Below, in pieces: positions 60,249 through 64,000 of a stretch of DNA of 64,000 nt. A program made the position numbers and the translations under genes. The notes under the pieces are model-generated. The model had not been told where the DNA came from and searched no databases. It was given only the letters and a program-made list of their open reading frames with translations. The DNA comes from an uncultured Pseudohongiella sp. (GTDB lineage Bacteria; Pseudomonadota; Gammaproteobacteria; Pseudomonadales; Pseudohongiellaceae). The DNA lies in assembly GCA_965267495.1 (NCBI GenBank), contig OZ254078.1, positions 2,766,145-2,830,144 of the forward strand, read 5' to 3'. The stretch's first letter is position 1. Each line of letters begins with the position of its first letter.

Positions 60249-61439
60249 TTATTCGATGATCTTGGAAACTACGCCAGCTCCAACAGTTCGACCACCCTCA
60301 CGAATCGCGAAACGAAGGCCTTCGTCCATCGCAATCGGTGCAATCAGATCAACTGTCATCTTGATGTTGTCACCAGGCATCACCATCTCAGTGCCTTCAG
60401 GCAGCTCAACGTTGCCAGTCACGTCCGTAGTACGGAAGTAGAACTGGGGACGATAACCCTTGAAGAATGGTGTATGACGACCACCCTCATCCTTGCTCAG
60501 AATATACACTTCACACTCGAACTTGGTGTGTGGCGTGATTGAGCCCGGCGCAGCCAGTACCTGACCACGCTCAACTTCCTCACGCTTGGTACCACGCAGA
60601 AGTACACCCACGTTCTCACCAGCTCGGCCTTCATCCAGCAGCTTGCGGAACATCTCAACACCAGTACAGGTGGTCTTCTCAGTGTCCTTGATACCAACAA
60701 TCTCGATCTCTTCACCAACCTTGATCACACCGCGCTCAACACGACCAGTCACTACCGTGCCACGACCAGAGATGGAGAACACGTCTTCGATTGGCATCAG
60801 GAAAGGCTTTTCTACATCACGCTCAGGCTCAGGAATGTAATCATCCAGTGTCTCAACCAGCTTCTGTACCGCAGGGGCACCGATGTCAGAGTCGTCACCT
60901 TCCAGGGCCTTCAACGCAGAACCGATGATGATCGGTGTGTCGTCACCAGGAAATTCGTACTGATCCAGCAGCTCACGGATTTCCATCTCAACCAGTTCCA
61001 GCAGCTCCGCATCGTCTACCATGTCCGCCTTGTTCATGAACACAACGATGTAAGGAACACCTACCTGACGGGACAGCAGGATGTGCTCTCGAGTCTGGGG
61101 CATGGGGCCATCAGCCGCACTCACCACCAGGATCGCACCGTCCATCTGTGCCGCACCGGTGATCATGTTCTTCACATAGTCAGCGTGGCCCGGGCAGTCT
61201 ACGTGAGCGTAGTGACGGTTCGGGGAATCATATTCAACGTGAGACGTCGCGATGGTAATACCACGCTCTTTCTCTTCAGGGGCGTTATCGATTTCATCGA
61301 AATTCTTCAGATCGCCACCATAAGCTTCCGCACACACCTTCGTCAGTGCTGCTGTCAACGTCGTCTTACCGTGGTCTACGTGACCAATCGTTCCTACGTT
61401 AACGTGGACTTTCGTTCTTTCAAATTTTTCCTTAGACAT
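60249..61439 (-). CDS. tufB: Elongation factor Tu (copy B, tRNA-tufB operon)
   Basis: The protein is identical to the copy at 43237-44427. It starts at ATG and is preceded by tRNA-Tyr, tRNA-Gly and tRNA-Thr. Confidence 0.97.
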   Translation of the reverse strand: MSKEKFERTKVHVNVGTIGHVDHGKTTLTAALTKVCAEAYGGDLKNFDEIDNAPEEKERGITIATSHVEYDSPNRHYAHVDCPGHADYVKNMITGAAQMDGAILVVSAADGPMPQTREHILLSRQVGVPYIVVFMNKADMVDDAELLELVEMEIRELLDQYEFPGDDTPIIIGSALKALEGDDSDIGAPAVQKLVETLDDYIPEPERDVEKPFLMPIEDVFSISGRGTVVTGRVERGVIKVGEEIEIVGIKDTEKTTCTGVEMFRKLLDEGRAGENVGVLLRGTKREEVERGQVLAAPGSITPHTKFECEVYILSKDEGGRHTPFFKGYRPQFYFRTTDVTGNVELPEGTEMVMPGDNIKMTVDLIAPIAMDEGLRFAIREGGRTVGAGVVSKIIE

Positions 61440-61513
61440 GTCTAGACAGCCCCTACTTTCGAAATTTTTTCTTTCCTGAGCTTGATCTCAACAAAACAAG
61501 ATACAAGCAATTC

Positions 61514-61589
61514 TGGTGCTCACTCCCGGAGTTGAACCGGGGACCTCTTCATTACCAATGAAGTGCTCTACCGCCTGAGCTAAGCGAGC
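61514..61589 (-). tRNA. tRNA-Thr (anticodon GGT)
   Basis: GCTCGCTTAGCTCAGGCGGTAGAGCACTTCATTGGTAATGAAGAGGTCCCCGGTTCAACTCCGGGAGTGAGCACCA. The cloverleaf folds, with anticodon loop TTGGTAA. Confidence 0.95.
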
Positions 61590-61664
61590 CGAAACACTAA
61601 AATCAATGCCTCTGTCCGCTGGCCAAAAGCTCAGCAGTTTCGCTAATCCAACTGCTAAATGATT

Positions 61665-61738
61665 TGGAGCGGGTAGCGGGAATCGAACCCGCGCAACCAG
61701 CTTGGAAGGCTGGGGTTCTACCTCTGAACTATACCCGC
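61665..61738 (-). tRNA. tRNA-Gly (anticodon TCC)
   Basis: GCGGGTATAGTTCAGAGGTAGAAC...CCAGCCTTCCAAGCTGG...GCGGGTTCGATTCCCGCTACCCGCTCCA. The anticodon loop is CTTCCAA. Confidence 0.95.
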
Positions 61739-61800
61739 CAGATCGAAGCGAGTTCGCCGTTCATCCACTTCACTGATCACCTTCACACAGTTGATTCAGT

Positions 61801-61884
61801 TGGTGGAGGGGGGTGGATTCGAACCACCGAAGCTTGCGCGTCAGATTTACAGTCTGATCCCTTTGGCCACTCGGGAACCCCTCC
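61801..61884 (-). tRNA. tRNA-Tyr (anticodon GTA), long variable arm
   Basis: GGAGGGGTTCCCGAGTGGCCAAAGGGATCAGACTGTAAATCTGA...GGTTCGAATCCACCCCCCTCCACCA. The anticodon loop is CTGTAAA and the variable arm is 13 nt. Confidence 0.95.
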
Positions 61885-61935
61885 CAAAAGATCTCCCAAG
61901 GGTCAAAATCCCTGGCTCTCTCACTCAGGGGCGGC

Positions 61936-61964
61936 ATTTTATTGGAATTGGGATGCTTGTGCAA
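61936..61964 (-). promoter_or_regulatory. Candidate promoter of the tRNA-tufB operon, overlapping the stop codon of the upstream gene
   Basis: On the minus strand: TTGCAC (61959-61964), a 17-nt spacer, then TAAAAT (61936-61941), followed by the GC-rich discriminator GCCGCCCC. The -10 hexamer contains the TAA stop of the SPOR-like gene. Confidence 0.55.
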
Positions 61965-62619
61965 TCGTTTGGCAGAGATTTTCAAGGCGGGTCAAATTGC
62001 CAATTTCTGCTGATAAATCAAGCCATTCAGCGTCATTGATCCGATCGGAATTGGGCGGTCGAAGCCATACCTGAACCGCGGCTGCCGGACCTGCTATTTC
62101 TTCTATAAAAGGGGTATATCCCAGGCTCAAAACCTGGGTCTGAACTGCTTCTGCAGCCCCGCGATCTTCATAGACACCCAGGGCCACCGCGTTTTCCAGA
62201 TCACCACGGGTAATCAGGTAAGTATCCACGCTCAATTCTGCCGCCTGCAGTCGGTCAGCGATGTCATCCAGAGTGAGATTGGCGATCTCTCGGGAGGGCG
62301 TCGGCGGTAAATAGAGCCGAAACTGGGCTGGTTCGGTGGATGGTGTCAGCTCCAAAAAAGCCTCCAATCCGCTGACGCGGGCCAGCTCCATGAAGCTTTC
62401 GGCCTCTTGAGAGTCAGCAAATCCACTTACCAGTGAACACTGCCTGCGTGCCTCAATCGCCAGAGCACTGGTATCAGCTTCAAACTCACTCACCAATGTC
62501 AGGCCCGTATTGAGCAGAGGCCTTGGCGAAGCCTCTTCCGCAACCGGCAGAGGCTGATAAGAATTCCAGGCGAAAAAACCCAGATTTACCAGTACTAACA
62601 AGATCAGGATGTACTTCAT
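61939..62619 (-). CDS. Membrane-anchored SPOR-like domain protein
   Basis: 226 aa with an N-terminal TM helix (MKYILILLVLVNLGFFAW) and C-terminal SPOR-like repeats (e.g. ALGVYEDRGAAEAVQTQVLSLGY). It lies between coaX and the tRNAs, as in Pseudomonas-type gene order. Confidence 0.6.
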   Translation of the reverse strand: MKYILILLVLVNLGFFAWNSYQPLPVAEEASPRPLLNTGLTLVSEFEADTSALAIEARRQCSLVSGFADSQEAESFMELARVSGLEAFLELTPSTEPAQFRLYLPPTPSREIANLTLDDIADRLQAAELSVDTYLITRGDLENAVALGVYEDRGAAEAVQTQVLSLGYTPFIEEIAGPAAAVQVWLRPPNSDRINDAEWLDLSAEIGNLTRLENLCQTIAQASQFQ

Positions 62620-63389
62620 CTGGATACAGCTTCCTGTGGCGCGGGCACGGCGATAGCGAGACCGTCCAGCACAAGATTAGGCCGGATAGAGACTTTCCCA
62701 GCCACTCCTTGTTGTAGCGCTTCCTTGAGAATTGCAGCATCCCCACCCGAAAGCACGATATTCACACCGGGGTCTTGTCTCTCAAGATCCGCAGCGCTTT
62801 TTTCAATCAGCGCTGTGCAACTTGCCAGGCTACCATTGTATACCGCCTCTTCAGTCACCAAGCCGGGACGCGTCGACACTTGCACAGCCTTGCCTTGCAG
62901 ACGAATGCCGGTATTCGATTGCAGCGCATGGGCCATCATGGTCAGTCCGGGCAATATGTATCCACCCTGGTGCTGTCCATCCGCTGCAACAAGGTCAATA
63001 GTAAGGGCGGTACCCGCACTGACCACCAGACAGGAAGATTCGAAGACACTATATGCCGCCAACATGGCCAGCCATCGATCAACGCCCATTCGACTGACAT
63101 CCTGGTAAGCATTAACCACACCACCGCAGGTCGGCGTGACTGAAGCAACAGAGCACTCCAGCTGCCAATGCGCTGAAATCCAGTCCTGCAACCTAGAGAC
63201 ACTGTCATCTGCACGCACACTGGATAAACGAACAAAGTCGGGCGCTTGCCGGATGAAATCGGAGGTCAGCAGCTGCTGCACTGTGTCGGCGACACCCTCG
63301 ATGCCTTCGACAACCCCAGCACCGTCTTCGCTGCTAAGCAGACGCCACTTGATTCGCGTATTGCCCAGGTCTAATTCCAGAATATTCAC
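62616..63389 (-). CDS. coaX: Type III pantothenate kinase
   Basis: 257 aa. MNILELDLGNTRIKWRL... is the typical CoaX N-terminus, and the gene is downstream of birA. Confidence 0.9.
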   Translation of the reverse strand: MNILELDLGNTRIKWRLLSSEDGAGVVEGIEGVADTVQQLLTSDFIRQAPDFVRLSSVRADDSVSRLQDWISAHWQLECSVASVTPTCGGVVNAYQDVSRMGVDRWLAMLAAYSVFESSCLVVSAGTALTIDLVAADGQHQGGYILPGLTMMAHALQSNTGIRLQGKAVQVSTRPGLVTEEAVYNGSLASCTALIEKSAADLERQDPGVNIVLSGGDAAILKEALQQGVAGKVSIRPNLVLDGLAIAVPAPQEAVSR

Positions 63390-63414
63390 GATTCAACGAG
63401 CTCTTATTACGCCA

Positions 63415-64000
63415 TTAGGCCAGACCGAGGGATGGAAAGACTTCACCACCGGATATTCGTCGCCGCCCCGATTGCGTATCCAATAACAGCGCGCCGGCCT
63501 TGTCGACTCCTCGGTGTTTACCGGTCAATTTTTCCGCGCCATTGTCGATGATTACGTCCTGTCCGATATACCCGTCAGCAGTATTCCAATCTTGCTGGAA
63601 GGATTCAAAGCCACACTCTAGATACCGGTCTATCCCATGCCACAATGCTCGAACCAAATTTGCGATCAGCTCTATCCGGACAATTGGTGTTGCTACCAGG
63701 TCACCCAGATTAGTCAGCTTGCGATCGACCTCGGCCTGTTCCTCTGCGGAGAACGACAGGTTGATACCAATACCAAAGACTACCGCGATCTGGTCTGGTA
63801 ACTGTCGGGATTCGAGCAGGATGCCGGCCAGCTTGCTGCCTCGATGCAACACATCGTTCGGCCACTTTAACTGTAGATGCCCGATATTCTCGGTGCTGCC
63901 ACTGCGCACGGCCTCCAATTTTACGAGGGATTGCCATACTGTCAGGGCAGTCACAAGACTCAACCCGGCAAGAGTTTCTGAACCTCCCTGCAGTATCCGA
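63415..64000 (-). CDS. birA: Biotin-[acetyl-CoA-carboxylase] ligase (BirA), C-terminal part; the gene continues past the window end
   Basis: The LKWPNDVL and KLAGILLE motifs of the BirA catalytic domain are present. The reading frame stays open to position 64000. Confidence 0.85.
   Translation of the reverse strand, partial: RILQGGSETLAGLSLVTALTVWQSLVKLEAVRSGSTENIGHLQLKWPNDVLHRGSKLAGILLESRQLPDQIAVVFGIGINLSFSAEEQAEVDRKLTNLGDLVATPIVRIELIANLVRALWHGIDRYLECGFESFQQDWNTADGYIGQDVIIDNGAEKLTGKHRGVDKAGALLLDTQSGRRRISGGEVFPSLGLA

Overview
The window looks like a gammaproteobacterial chromosome segment, with gene order resembling Pseudomonas or marine Cellvibrionales-like genomes. Almost everything is encoded on the minus strand.

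Three blocks are visible:

1. **1-10457:** an MSHA/T2SS-like type IV pilus biogenesis cluster. In transcription order it encodes an ExeA/MshM-like ATPase fused to a SPOR-like domain, a lipoprotein secretin, a TPR protein, a GspE/MshE ATPase, a GspF platform protein, a PilM-PilN-like fusion, a PilO-like protein and the start of a small secreted protein. No pilin gene is in the window.
2. **10.6-21.3 kb:** a mixed housekeeping/accessory stretch. It holds a GST, a DapA-family lyase, a PQQ dehydrogenase, a GNAT, a secreted hypothetical, an orphan 828-aa GspE-family ATPase with four tandem MshEN-type motifs, an EamA transporter and a class V aminotransferase.
3. **21.3-64 kb:** the translation/transcription supercluster. 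Reading up the coordinates: the alpha operon (rplQ, rpoA, rpsD, rpsK, rpsM), the spc operon (rpmJ up to rplN), the S10 operon (rpsQ up to rpsJ), tufA-fusA-rpsG-rpsL, rpoC-rpoB, rplL-rplJ-rplA-rplK, nusG-secE, tRNA-Trp, tufB, tRNA-Thr/Gly/Tyr, a SPOR protein, coaX and birA (partial).

The supercluster is interrupted between rpsJ and tufA by a 7.8-kb accessory insertion. It carries a TetR-MFP-RND efflux module and a two-gene periplasmic module.

The most unusual items are:
- The second gene of that periplasmic module fuses a c-type heme domain (CMECH) to a PHM/DBH-type binuclear copper monooxygenase core.
- The orphan ATPase described above.
- A 188-nt structured spacer with a terminator-like hairpin between rpsJ and rplC.

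I saw no CRISPR array, IS element, integrase or rRNA.
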